Of a DNA stretch of 64,000 nt, positions 10,464 to 20,279 are shown piece by piece. The DNA lies in contig CAVPNL010000004.1 in assembly GCA_963706575.1 (NCBI GenBank), forward strand, positions 544,001-608,000, written 5' to 3'. Source of the stretch: an uncultured delta proteobacterium (GTDB lineage Bacteria > Desulfobacterota > Desulfobacteria > Desulfobacterales > JAHEIW01). The translations under genes were made by a program, and so were the position numbers. How positions within the stretch are numbered: the first letter of the stretch is position 1; each line of letters begins with the position of its first letter. The notes under the pieces are model-generated. The model was not told the origin of the DNA. It ran no database searches and worked only from the letters and a program-made list of their open reading frames with translations.

Positions 10464-10534
10464 AGTTGCCTCCTTTTTTTGAGTCCCCCCTACCAGGAAA
10501 TTTATCGGCAACTACAGGAAAAACTTAAGCATTT

Positions 10535-11173
10535 TTATTTCATAATCCTGGAATGCGGATGTTTCTTAACCCATTGTTTCCATTGGGTGTCCTCAAAGGC
10601 CAGCTTGGAGAGCTGTCTTTTAAAATAAACGCCCTGGATGCTCATCAGCCCTTGAGCGTTCGGATACCACAACGAACCGGTTTCTTTATCATATAAAACA
10701 AAGGTGCTGTCATAGGTCCAGCCTGCAGGCACCAGCGTTATATTGCGACCGTCGATCTGGCGGCTGTACACAGCCGCTAAATTTACAAGTGGTCAGTAAG
10801 CCGCTGCAATGGGACGGTCGCCGATAAAGCTGTTGGCCACCTCGTGGCGCCAGAGTTTTGATACAGCGTAAGCGTTGGCATGTTCGCCTTCGTTGATGCC
10901 GATAACGCGTTCGTTACGCCGCACCCCGGAGTTATCTCTGTTAAACTGTGAATCATCAAGCGGTGTAAATGCATTACGCCCGATTCCGTGTTGAAAACGC
11001 TGGGGCTCAAAACCAATCGACACGGCCTGGGTAACATCCCAGCGCTCGCCATGCTGATCGACAATATAGGTTTTGCCTTTTTCCTCGATGACGCTGGAAA
11101 ATGCCTGGCTCAGGGCAATGACCAGAATCAGTCCCAATAAAATTATCTTTAAAATTATCAATTTTCGAAACAT
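10535..11173 (-). CDS. DUF3179-family selenoprotein (Y-U-P-L), secreted, 212 aa
   Basis: ORFs 10793..11206 and 10535..10771 are in one frame separated only by TGA 10793-10795: WRHEVAN...AAAY-U-PLVNLAAVYSR...VLYDKETGSLW...W..W...HP. Confidence 0.85.
10760..10777 (-). promoter_or_regulatory. Bacterial SECIS-like hairpin
   Basis: GCGGCUG-UGUA-CAGCCGC starting 15 nt after the UGA. Confidence 0.75.
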
Positions 11174-11256
11174 ATTGGACCTCCCCAAAAAAAAATAAGG
11201 TTTCAAACAAAAAATTTCCCCAGAAATTGGTCGGCTATACGCCTTTATTCTTACAA

Positions 11257-11363
11257 TTCAGGTTTCAGGTGTCAGTGTTCAGGTGTCAGTTTTACGAACC
11301 TGATGACAGGAGAATTATCTGATTCCGCACTCTATCATCTGTTTGCTGACACCTGAAACCCGA
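11257..11363. repeat. Inverted 7-mer repeat element (TCAGGTG / CACCTGA)
   Basis: ttcaggtttcaggtgtcagtgttcaggtgtcag ... ctgacacctgaaacccga. Confidence 0.75.
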
Positions 11364-11641
11364 TGCCGAATTAGCACGTGAGGTGGAACGCGGCTGCCAC
11401 ATCCCTGCCCACAGCAACCAAGTGATCAAAATAAAATTAATCAAGTCTCGACAAAGGCGGCACCTAAAATTGCTTTCCACAAGATTATGTGCTTTAACAG
11501 GAACACTTCTGATTATTTTCGCCAATGAAACGAATATGTTGGCGGGGTCGGTGATATACATGACCACCCAAAATTTAAATATCGATTTAAACAAAAAGGT
11601 GCCGTTTGATCTGGTGCGTTCGTGGGTAAAAGGAGAGTGAG

Positions 11642-12574
11642 GTGACTGAAAGCATAGATTTTGATGGTGCAGGTATCGCAGATCAACTGGCCGGGGTGGC
11701 AGGCATCGAGGTAAAAACTGATGAAATGATCGCGCCCTATACCACCTATAGAATTGGCGGTCCGGCAGCGATCTGGGCTGCTCCCGCAAGCGAGGACGGT
11801 ATCGGTGAGGTGCTCGCGATCGTGCGCGAGACCGGCATCCCTATGTTTATCCTGGGTCACGGCTCGAATTTATTAGTTTCAGATAAAGGCTGGCCGGGGG
11901 TCATACTTTATCTGGGCGCCAATCTCAGCGGATGGCGTTTTGATAACACACGGGCCACCGTCATGGCCGGCACGCGTTTGCTGGACCTGATCCAGGATGC
12001 GGTTGACCAGGGGCTCGGCGGTATGGAACTGATGGCTGGAATCCCCGGTGGCGTTGGTGGAGCGCTACGGATGAACGCGGGAGCTTTCGGACAGGAAATC
12101 GAGCAGACAACGGTTGCGGTAAAAGGTTTCCGAATGGACGGCACGCCTTTTGAGGCCGCCAGAAAAGAAATTAATTTCAGCTATCGGCGGGTTCCGCAGC
12201 TGGAGCGGGTGGTGATCACCTCCGGGGAATTCCGCTTTAAAAAAACAGCTGCCAGCATATTAAAGCAACGGATGAATGATATCCTGGAATTACGCGCAAA
12301 AAAACAACCATTGAATTACCCTTCATGCGGCAGTGTTTTCAAGCGCCCTCCGGGTTATTATGCAGGCGCATTAATCGAAGAAGCCGGCTTGAAGGGTGAA
12401 CGCGTCGGTGATGCCATAATCAGTCCCAAACATGCCGGATTTATCCTGAACACCGGCAAGGCGAGCGCCGCCGATGTCTTCAGCCTGATCCGCAGAATCG
12501 AAGATAAGGTATGGGAGCGGTTTGGCGTAAAGCTTGAGAGGGAAGTAAAGCTCATCGGTGAGTTTAACGATTAA
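11642..12574 (+). CDS. murB: UDP-N-acetylenolpyruvoylglucosamine reductase
   Basis: TTYRIGGPA, G.GSNLLV, GIPG.VGGA..MNAGA, QP...PSCGSVFK.P, S.KHA.F, LE.EV. Confidence 0.95.
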   Translation: MTESIDFDGAGIADQLAGVAGIEVKTDEMIAPYTTYRIGGPAAIWAAPASEDGIGEVLAIVRETGIPMFILGHGSNLLVSDKGWPGVILYLGANLSGWRFDNTRATVMAGTRLLDLIQDAVDQGLGGMELMAGIPGGVGGALRMNAGAFGQEIEQTTVAVKGFRMDGTPFEAARKEINFSYRRVPQLERVVITSGEFRFKKTAASILKQRMNDILELRAKKQPLNYPSCGSVFKRPPGYYAGALIEEAGLKGERVGDAIISPKHAGFILNTGKASAADVFSLIRRIEDKVWERFGVKLEREVKLIGEFND

Positions 12575-12606
12575 AAAAAAGCTTCAGGATTATAAAAATA
12601 AAAATA

Positions 12607-12686
12607 CACCACGAAGATCACGAAGTACACAAAGAATGATTTAAAAATAATTGAAATCCTTCGTGAACTTCGTGCTCTTTGTGGTG
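12607..12686. repeat. Inverted 9-mer repeat element (CACGAAG family)
   Basis: caccacgaagatcacgaagtacacaaag ... cttcgtgaacttcgtgctctttgtggtg. Confidence 0.85.
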
Positions 12687-12699
12687 ATATAAATACAAA

Positions 12700-14031
12700 A
12701 TGAAATCTGACCCCCCCCGGAACAACCGGCAGCTCACTCGATTTTTCATCCCGCTGGCACTTCAAGCGGCATCTCAGGCCCTTTCCTATCCCCTGATAGC
12801 GATGGTTGCCTCGCGCGGCCCCGGCGGTCCGCTGAACCTTGCCGGGCTGGCCCAATCCACCACTATAATGATCTTTCTAGGAATGTTCTGCATCTCCTAT
12901 GTCACGACGGGTATGATTTATGCCACTTCCCGGGAAGGCTATCAAAAATTTAGGAATATCGTCCTGATGACAGGTTTCGGTGTGATTACTGTTCAGGCCG
13001 CCCTGTGTATTCCCTGGCTTTCGCACCTGCTGTTCGGCAATTTGATCGGGCTTCCGCCTTCGATCGCATCACCGGCAAAAATCACGCTGCTGGCCACCAT
13101 CCCGGTCCAGTTTTTATTCTTTCTGCGCACCCCCTATCTCGTCGTTATGTACATTGGCAGAGCCACTGGAAAGGCCAGTCTGGCAACCATAGCCCGAATT
13201 GTCGTAACCGCCGCCCTCTCCCCGCTTTTCTGTCTTATGGATCTGGTGGGGCCGGTCTGGGCAGTGGTCTGCCTGACGTTGCCTGCAGCCCTCGAATGCC
13301 TGCTGGCGAGATTATTTGCCCATCCATTTCTAAAAAGACTGAAATCTTCAACGACAACTCCGCCGGGGGCCGGTGAAATTTTCTTCTTCAATCTACCGCT
13401 GTCAATCGGCGGTTATTTACTGACTGCTTCGGCGATCATCATGGGTGCATTTATCGCCAGAGCGCCGGATCCCGAGCGCGTATTGCCGATCTGCTATCTG
13501 GCTCTGGGGCTGGCCAATCCGGTTGCATTTGCGGCAACGCGCATCCAGACAATGGTCCTGGCATTTCCACCGGCCGACCTCAAAGATCGCCTGACGTTTC
13601 GATTTGCTCTGGGAGCCGGAGTGGTTTTGGGGCTGCTGCCGCTGATTTTTATTCTACCCGGTCTGATTGAATTGTATTACATCACCTTGCAAAAATTGAA
13701 GCCGGCCGATATGGGACTGGTCAGGATCACTGCCATCGGCTTGATATTTTATCCCTTTAGTGTGGCTATCCGGGCGCAAAGTGAAGGGCTCGCTGCCTGG
13801 TTAAAAAGACCCACAACGGTGATGGCCGGACATACGATCTTCCTGGCAACCATTATCGCCTCCGGCTTCCTTTTGCTTTTGCTGGGTGCTCCCGGATTTA
13901 TCATCTGTGCGGCGATACTGCCCGCGGGAAGTCTGGCTTCCTCACTCACCATGCGGGCATTGATGAGCCGATCCAGGCCAAAGCCCACACCCGTCGCCCC
14001 GACAACGACCTCGGTGGGGCATGTAAGGTGA
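12700..14031 (+). CDS. About 12-TM MATE/MOP-superfamily-like transporter
   Basis: Two similar halves beginning FFIPLAL and FNLPLSI; hydrophobic throughout. Confidence 0.65.
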   Translation: MKSDPPRNNRQLTRFFIPLALQAASQALSYPLIAMVASRGPGGPLNLAGLAQSTTIMIFLGMFCISYVTTGMIYATSREGYQKFRNIVLMTGFGVITVQAALCIPWLSHLLFGNLIGLPPSIASPAKITLLATIPVQFLFFLRTPYLVVMYIGRATGKASLATIARIVVTAALSPLFCLMDLVGPVWAVVCLTLPAALECLLARLFAHPFLKRLKSSTTTPPGAGEIFFFNLPLSIGGYLLTASAIIMGAFIARAPDPERVLPICYLALGLANPVAFAATRIQTMVLAFPPADLKDRLTFRFALGAGVVLGLLPLIFILPGLIELYYITLQKLKPADMGLVRITAIGLIFYPFSVAIRAQSEGLAAWLKRPTTVMAGHTIFLATIIASGFLLLLLGAPGFIICAAILPAGSLASSLTMRALMSRSRPKPTPVAPTTTSVGHVR

Positions 14032-14073
14032 GCTGCCAGGATGATATGTCGAGGGCTCTGAAATGAGTTTTAT

Positions 14074-14300
14074 TAGAACCCATCTCAAAAATAGGATTTT
14101 GGTTCAAGATTCCGTCTTCGCCTAAAGGCTTCGCCGAGAAACGCGCGGCGGGGCCGAGCTTTTCCCGCTAAGCGGGACTTCCCACCTGATCTTAAAATCG
14201 TTGTGGGTCGAAACCGGAGGCATACTGTTGTATGTCGAGGATTTAAAGCGAGGCACCAACAAAGATATTGGGCCAAAAGACATTTTTGAGATGGGTTCTA
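14074..14300. mobile_element. MITE, copy 1 (227 bp)
   Basis: 19-bp terminal inverted repeats TAGAACCCATCTCAAAAAT / ATTTTTGAGATGGGTTCTA; second copy at 25402. Confidence 0.85.
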
Positions 14301-14495
14301 GGCGTCTTCCCAGAAAATGCACTCCACCGGACACGTCTCGATGGCTTCTTCAATACAGTCCTCCGGCCCGCCTTCGGGCAGGATGACCTCTGCTTTTTCC
14401 TCAGCTTCGTTAAACGCAAAGACCTCTGAGCAAAGTTCCACGCAGCTTTCACATCCGATACATTCATCGGCGTCGATAACAACTCGTTTGGCCAT
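14298..14495 (-). CDS. Single-cluster [4Fe-4S] ferredoxin
   Basis: CIGCESC...CPVECI; AAGGAG RBS; 65 aa. Confidence 0.92.
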   Translation of the reverse strand: MAKRVVIDADECIGCESCVELCSEVFAFNEAEEKAEVILPEGGPEDCIEEAIETCPVECIFWEDA

Positions 14496-14795
14496 AGTTG
14501 GATCTCCTTTTTGTGAGTTTTTAAGTAAATGATTTTGCTGTAGCCCAAATTGAATTCTTAAGATAATGTTTGCCACCGTAAAAGCAAGAAAATTAGCGTA
14601 ATCATTCAGCAACTTGCATTCAGATGGGCACGAATCGGCCTAAATGCCCTCCCATATCGCCGGGCAATAAACAAACAATTGAATTCCTGCTTGCCCTTTG
14701 CGCCTAAAATACAGTATCCAACATCGTGCATCGTACAACAACAATCATTATAGTCGATAGGCCCGATACCCCATAATAATCAGTAGCTGAATACC

Positions 14796-16028
14796 ATGAA
14801 ACTTTTCAATATCCTGGCCATCTTGATAACACTGTCTGCGGGCTTCAGCTATATTAACCATCGCTTTATCCGGTTGCCGACCACCATCGGTCTGATGACA
14901 ATAGCCCTTCTGGCTTCGCTGGGGCTGATCGCTTTGGGGCCGCTGGGGTTTGGCTTAAAAGAAGATGCCCGCCTTTTTCTCAACAGCATTGATTTCGATG
15001 AAACCTTACTCCACGGCATGCTCAGCTTTTTACTGTTTGCCGGGGCCTTACATGTCAACCTGGCAGACCTGGCCAGACAAAAATATATCATCGGCACTCT
15101 GGCAACTCTGGGAGTCATCGGATCTACCTTTATTATCGGATTTGCCAGCTGGTGGCTTCTGGGCTGGCTGGGTATTGAATTGCCTTTCATATACTGCCTT
15201 TTGTTCGGTGCCCTGATCTCACCCACAGACCCGATAGCGGTAATGGGTATCTTAAAAAGGGCCGGCGTACCGGAAAGTCTTGAAACCAAAATTACCGGCG
15301 AATCGTTATTCAATGACGGTGTCGCTGTCGTGGTATTTCTGGTTATACTGGAAATAGCGACCGGAACCCAAGGAATCACTGCCGCTTCAGTGGCGGCTTT
15401 GTTCTTGAAAGAGGTGGTGGGTGGATTGATTTTCGGGTTGCTGATCGGGGCCATTGCTTATTGGATGCTCAAAAGTGTGGAGAACTATCAGGTAGAGATC
15501 CTGATTACCCTGGCACTGGTAACCGGCGGTTTTGCACTCGCCGATGTGCTGCACCTTTCCGGCCCGATTGCCATTGTTGTGGCCGGGTTGCTGATCGGCA
15601 ATCACGGACGCATGCTGGCAATGTCCGACGAGGTCCGCGATCATCTTGATAAATTCTGGGAACTGGTTGATGAAATCTTAAATGGGGTGCTCTTTGTGCT
15701 GATCGGCCTTGAGGTTTTGATTCTAACCTTTAACCGGGCTTACATTTTAGCAGGAATCATTCTTATTCCCCTTTTACTGGCCGTTCGTTTTGTCTGTGTT
15801 GGAATACCGGTGGTAATTCTGAAGCGTTTCCGCACCTTCAGCCCTCATGTGATCAAAATCCTCACCTGGGGAGGCCTGCGGGGCGGCATTTCGGTTGCCC
15901 TGGCATTGTCCCTGCCGGCCGGTGAAAATCGCGAAGCCATTCTGGCGGTCACCTATGCCATTGTTGTATTTTCCATCATCGTCCAGGGTCTGACCATCGG
16001 CAAGCTCGTGAAATCAAAAGAACCTTAG
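14796..16028 (+). CDS. CPA1 Na+/H+ antiporter (NhaP-like)
   Basis: ISPTDPIAV, GESLFNDG, WGGLRGGISVALAL. Confidence 0.92.
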   Translation: MKLFNILAILITLSAGFSYINHRFIRLPTTIGLMTIALLASLGLIALGPLGFGLKEDARLFLNSIDFDETLLHGMLSFLLFAGALHVNLADLARQKYIIGTLATLGVIGSTFIIGFASWWLLGWLGIELPFIYCLLFGALISPTDPIAVMGILKRAGVPESLETKITGESLFNDGVAVVVFLVILEIATGTQGITAASVAALFLKEVVGGLIFGLLIGAIAYWMLKSVENYQVEILITLALVTGGFALADVLHLSGPIAIVVAGLLIGNHGRMLAMSDEVRDHLDKFWELVDEILNGVLFVLIGLEVLILTFNRAYILAGIILIPLLLAVRFVCVGIPVVILKRFRTFSPHVIKILTWGGLRGGISVALALSLPAGENREAILAVTYAIVVFSIIVQGLTIGKLVKSKEP

Positions 16029-16051
16029 ACTTTTAAAAATCAAATTTCTTG

Positions 16052-16137
16052 TACAAATTCATACAAAAAGATCGCCTGCTGAATTTGGGCCGAAATCTCG
16101 CTACGGCAAAATATTCATCATATTGTATGAATTCGTA
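16052..16137. repeat. Short element with 15-bp inverted repeats
   Basis: TACAAATTCATACAA / TTGTATGAATTCGTA, one mismatch. Confidence 0.55.
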
Positions 16138-16335
16138 AAACGATTTCAGGATTCCTGGCAAACCCTCAAAACCACGGGAAACAACGACCCCAAACAAGTT
16201 GCGTTATGCGTTTCGATCTGGTAGGCTGCGCCTTTAATTTATTGGTGATCATAATCCGGGTTGTTTTGCAGTTGATCATTAAGCCAAGATTGCATGACAA
16301 TTTGACAAACACAGGCAGTTTAAGGAGACCCAAGA

Positions 16336-16701
16336 ATGGCTGAAGAGCAAAATCCACAGGCGGAATTGAAGATCGATAGAAGCAATCTTTATAGAGAAGA
16401 AACTTTCACGGATCTTAAAGTGGGAATGATCAAACGGATGACACCCGTTAAGTCCGACGGTGCTGACGATAAAACCCGAAAATCGGTTTTCGTGGGCCAA
16501 ACCTCCCTGATGACACCCGGAGGGCCTTTGCCGCTTCAGGCGGTCATTCAGGCCAAGGATCTGCAGCAGGCGATTAAAAAATTCCCGGAGGCCATGAAGG
16601 TGGCAATGGATCGGCTGGCCGAGGAAGCCAAAAAATATCAGCAACAGGAACAGAGGCGTGCTGAACAATCGGAATCCCGCATTATCGTGCCCGGCAGATA
16701 A
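16336..16701 (+). CDS. Conserved hypothetical cytoplasmic protein
   Basis: AAGGAG RBS; LYREETFTDLKVG...SRIIVPG. Confidence 0.8.
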   Translation: MAEEQNPQAELKIDRSNLYREETFTDLKVGMIKRMTPVKSDGADDKTRKSVFVGQTSLMTPGGPLPLQAVIQAKDLQQAIKKFPEAMKVAMDRLAEEAKKYQQQEQRRAEQSESRIIVPGR

Positions 16702-16971
16702 ACCAAGGAATTTTGGCGTATTCAGATGAAAGGCATCGCAATCTAAGGTGCCTTCTTCTTTTTTCAATCAACTGCTTCTCGGACAAAAGATACCGCCCGA
16801 CCCAAGTTACTAGATTGAAAATTTTTCACCTTTCTTACTAGGTATTTTCTAGTAAGTTTATTAGCAGATCTATCTTTATAGGCCAAAATGCATCATTTAA
16901 TCCAAGCTCAGGGATAGTCTGTTTTATTTTTGGAAATTAATAAAACCCGCATGTCGCCCGGGAGAACAACC

Positions 16972-18216
16972 ATGTCCTTTTTAAAAATATTTTCGGGGAA
17001 GACCCCTGAAGCGCACGAACAAAAGGGTGATGAGCTGTTTGCGGATGATCTTTGGGGTAAAGCCAAGGTCGAATACGAACGGGCCCTGGACAAATTAGAC
17101 AAGGCCGTCCCGCAAAACGATAATCTAAAATTCCGGCTCCAGGAAAAAATCCAACGCACAAAAGCATCCCTGGCCCATAGCCACAAACACAATGCAGATG
17201 ACATGCTGGAAGCTGGCTTTTACCATGACGCGCGCGAATTGTACACACTGGCCCTGGAGCTTACCGAAGACGTCCAGCTTAAAACGGATCTGGCAGAAAA
17301 GCTTGAACAGCTCGATTTTAAGATGAGCAAAGAAGTTGAAGAAACGTACGTGGATTATGACGCTGACGAGGAGCAGGCCGGAGAGGAACAACCTATAGAA
17401 CCAAACGGACAGGGTGACGAATATTTCACGGCATTGTGCGGGACGTTGCCCGCGGATGTTCAAAAAGCATATCGCCGCTATGGTGATAATTTCAAAAAGG
17501 GGTATCTGGCTTTGAACCAGGGTGATTTTGCCGAGGCGGCGGCTTTTTTGAGCACGGCTATGGAAGAAAATCCAACAGCCGACAGCTATATCCCGCTGGA
17601 GCTGGCTACAGCCTATTTAAATCTGCAAAAGCACCCGGAAGCGCGACAGCTGCTGGAAACATTTATAGAAGACCAGCCCCAGGCGTTGCCCGCCTACCAA
17701 CTTCTGTGCGAAATCTATTGGGAGACCGGCGCGTTTGATCAGGCCGATGCCCTTCTGGATTCGGTGCCCGCAGAGCTGACCGACTCCGTAGCGGTGTTTA
17801 TCTTAAAAGGGGAGACACTGTTTCACTCCGGAAATCACAGCGGGGCAAAGGAATTATATCAAAACTTTTTCAAGACCTATAGCTGGAACGAGGCGGTTGC
17901 CCGGGCGCTGGCCAAAACCCATGAGGCCCTCAACGAGTTTGCCAATGCCCGCAATCTGTACCGCAACATAATGGATGAATGCCGCAGCTGTCATGCCCGC
18001 ATCGACCCGTTTATCAAACAACGTTACGCGGATCTTTGCTTTGATTCCGGAATGCTGAATACCGATATCTTGGATCTGTATATTTCCCTGGCCCAGGAAA
18101 TCCCCGACAATGCCGCCGCGTATTATGAAAAGGTCAGCCGCATCTATGCCGCCCAGGGTAACCATACTGAGGCCGGAAGATTCCGCGCCATCGCCGAAAA
18201 AATGGCCCAACAATAA
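16972..18216 (+). CDS. Tetratricopeptide repeat protein
   Basis: Repeated A...Y..AL helical pairs; GGGAG RBS before ATG 16972. Confidence 0.8.
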   Translation: MSFLKIFSGKTPEAHEQKGDELFADDLWGKAKVEYERALDKLDKAVPQNDNLKFRLQEKIQRTKASLAHSHKHNADDMLEAGFYHDARELYTLALELTEDVQLKTDLAEKLEQLDFKMSKEVEETYVDYDADEEQAGEEQPIEPNGQGDEYFTALCGTLPADVQKAYRRYGDNFKKGYLALNQGDFAEAAAFLSTAMEENPTADSYIPLELATAYLNLQKHPEARQLLETFIEDQPQALPAYQLLCEIYWETGAFDQADALLDSVPAELTDSVAVFILKGETLFHSGNHSGAKELYQNFFKTYSWNEAVARALAKTHEALNEFANARNLYRNIMDECRSCHARIDPFIKQRYADLCFDSGMLNTDILDLYISLAQEIPDNAAAYYEKVSRIYAAQGNHTEAGRFRAIAEKMAQQ

Positions 18217-18240
18217 CAGGTGTTTGAGATGTTTATATTT

Positions 18241-18323
18241 TACCACGAAGTTCACAAAGGACATGAAATAAGAAATCTAAATTATTTACAGCAATCTTTT
18301 TGCTCTTCGTGATCTTTGTGGTA
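18241..18323. repeat. Inverted 9-mer repeat element (CACGAAG family), second copy
   Basis: taccacgaagttcacaaagg ... cttcgtgatctttgtggta; same family as 12607. Confidence 0.8.
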
Positions 18324-18361
18324 AAAAAAACCTGGTTAAATAGAAGCTAAAGCGTAAATAC

Positions 18362-18559
18362 ATGGCCAACGAATACCTCATTGAGATACACAATTACATC
18401 AGCGAAAAAATCGTTTGCGCTCAAAACCGAAAAGTCGAGGCGAATGCCAATACCGAAATGGAATCACGACGGTTTTATGAAGGCCAGTTAAAAGAATGGC
18501 ATCACCTGCGCACATACCTGGCTGAAAAGGTGGACCTAAAGACCCAGAAATACTTCTAA
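18362..18559 (+). CDS. Small helical hypothetical protein
   Basis: 65 aa; similar to the next ORF. Confidence 0.7.
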   Translation: MANEYLIEIHNYISEKIVCAQNRKVEANANTEMESRRFYEGQLKEWHHLRTYLAEKVDLKTQKYF

Positions 18560-18561
18560 AA

Positions 18562-18777
18562 ATGGCTTATATTTATCTACTCGATATTTACAAACTGATA
18601 GATCAACGGATGGAAGATGCGAAAGCAGCCATGGGAAACGTATCCGCGGATCCGAATGAAATAAAATACGAGGAAGGTCGAATCAAAGCACTTACGGATT
18701 TTAAGGATTATCTGATACAAAATTTTAATCCCAAGCTTCCCCGCCGCATCAGAGAAGACTTCGAACTTAAAAATTAA
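18562..18777 (+). CDS. Small helical hypothetical protein
   Basis: 71 aa; 2 nt after the previous stop; shares YL..I...I / EG..K / YL. Confidence 0.7.
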   Translation: MAYIYLLDIYKLIDQRMEDAKAAMGNVSADPNEIKYEEGRIKALTDFKDYLIQNFNPKLPRRIREDFELKN

Positions 18778-18806
18778 TTGATTTGATTAATTAAATTTAG
18801 AAAAAC

Positions 18807-19616
18807 ATGCTGTTTAAACCAAATTTTAATCCACCTGCTGCTGAGCCTGCATCTGCCTTTTGGTTCATTTTTGATAAAAGCCGGTTGCTGATAAAAATCG
18901 AAAACGACAGCTGTTCCATTCCCGATACATCCGATCTAAAAAAAATCAAATCCGCTATTATTCGAAAACAGTACCTTGGAACATTAGATGACCGCCCGTG
19001 TTTTGCAGCCGAATTCTCCGGCAACTCGATTCGGGACACGGAATTGGCATTTAAAGATCTGCGGGGACTGTTCGGAATGCTGGAAGAGGACTTGATCTGG
19101 ATCGCCGGTCGTGCCAATCAGTTGGTGAACTGGAGTCAAACCCATCGGCACTGCGGAAGATGCGGCAAGCTTACCGAAGATAAGACAGACGAGCGGGCCA
19201 AAACCTGCCCGGAATGCGGCCTGGTTAACTACCCCCGCCTCTCTCCGGCCGTTATTGTTGCCGTGCTGAAAAATGATCGAATCCTGCTGGGCCGCAATAA
19301 ACGCTTTAGATTGCCGTTTTATAGTGTTTTGGCCGGCTTTGTGGAACCGGGAGAAACCCTGGAAGAATGTGTTAAGCGGGAAATCCGCGAAGAAGTCAGT
19401 ATAACGGTAAAAAATATCTGCTATTTCGGCAGCCAGCCGTGGCCGTTTCCGGATTCACTGATGATTGCGTTTGTTGCCGATTACGCCGGAGGTGAAATCA
19501 GCACGGATGGATCAGAAATCATCGATGCCGCCTGGTTTGCAAAAGACAATCTACCGCAAATTCCCCCCAAAATCAGTATTGCCCGGCAGCTGATCGATTG
19601 GTTCGTCCATAGCTAA
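18807..19616 (+). CDS. nudC: NADH pyrophosphatase
   Basis: CxxC..CxxC zinc ribbon, Nudix box GFVEPGETLEECVKREIREE, SQPWPFP. Confidence 0.95.
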   Translation: MLFKPNFNPPAAEPASAFWFIFDKSRLLIKIENDSCSIPDTSDLKKIKSAIIRKQYLGTLDDRPCFAAEFSGNSIRDTELAFKDLRGLFGMLEEDLIWIAGRANQLVNWSQTHRHCGRCGKLTEDKTDERAKTCPECGLVNYPRLSPAVIVAVLKNDRILLGRNKRFRLPFYSVLAGFVEPGETLEECVKREIREEVSITVKNICYFGSQPWPFPDSLMIAFVADYAGGEISTDGSEIIDAAWFAKDNLPQIPPKISIARQLIDWFVHS

Positions 19617-19621
19617 AGCAG

Positions 19622-19730
19622 GTTAGCCCGTTGAGTCCCGCTTTTAGCGGGATTGAGCGTGTTAAATAATGGATTCTGTCTGATTTATTTTTTACGGAAT
19701 AATGGGCTAACGGGCTCAACGGGCAACGGG
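19622..19730. repeat. Inverted 8-9-mer repeat element (AACGGGCT) with internal TCCCGCT-AGCGGGA hairpin
   Basis: gttagcccgttgag tcccgcttttagcggga ... gggctaacgggctcaacgggcaacggg. Confidence 0.75.
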
Positions 19731-19756
19731 AAAATCCGCCTAAACGCCAAAGGCAT

Positions 19757-20065
19757 TTATGTGGGTGCCATGACTTGAACGCTTAGATTTTCAACATAAT
19801 CGGCAACCGCATCGCGATAGGCGGCCATATGGGGCGTTTTGAGGTGCGCCACAAGATGTTCAAGGCTCTCCCAGGCTTCAACAATGGTCACCACGTTCTC
19901 CCTGACCGCCCCCTGGGCCGCTAAGCCGGAATCAACGTCAAGCACCGGCTCATAGGCCAAGCATCCCGCTTCGGCTTTTACGTTCGGAACATTTTCTTGC
20001 AAAACCGCCAGGTATGCTTTTCTGCAATTCGGCTTGAGCTCAATGGTGGCAATTACATGAATCAT
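19757..20065 (-). CDS. ABM-family putative quinol monooxygenase
   Basis: MIHVIATI...EAGCLAY...E.WESLE.L.AHL.TPHM. Confidence 0.88.
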   Translation of the reverse strand: MIHVIATIELKPNCRKAYLAVLQENVPNVKAEAGCLAYEPVLDVDSGLAAQGAVRENVVTIVEAWESLEHLVAHLKTPHMAAYRDAVADYVENLSVQVMAPT

Positions 20066-20279
20066 GTGTATTTTCCCCCTTTCACTAGAAGTGGTTTCAA
20101 AATCGCATTTATTTTAAAAAAAGTCTACCTCAGAAATAATCAAGCGGTCAGGCTTGAAAGACGAATCTAACCTTCATTCAATAATAAGCAATTGCCTTGC
20201 TCGTATCCAGTTTTTGCTTGCAACGAGCGCAGGCATCAATTATCCATATTCAATTCGTTTGCCGGAAAGGAATTTCCTT

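Noticed and set aside
14085..14386. Small ORFs overlapping the MITE
   Set aside because: Chance frames across a non-coding element; no transposase motifs
20154..20279. N-terminal extension of the SRAP ORF
   Set aside because: The family needs Cys at position 2, so the start is ATG 20280
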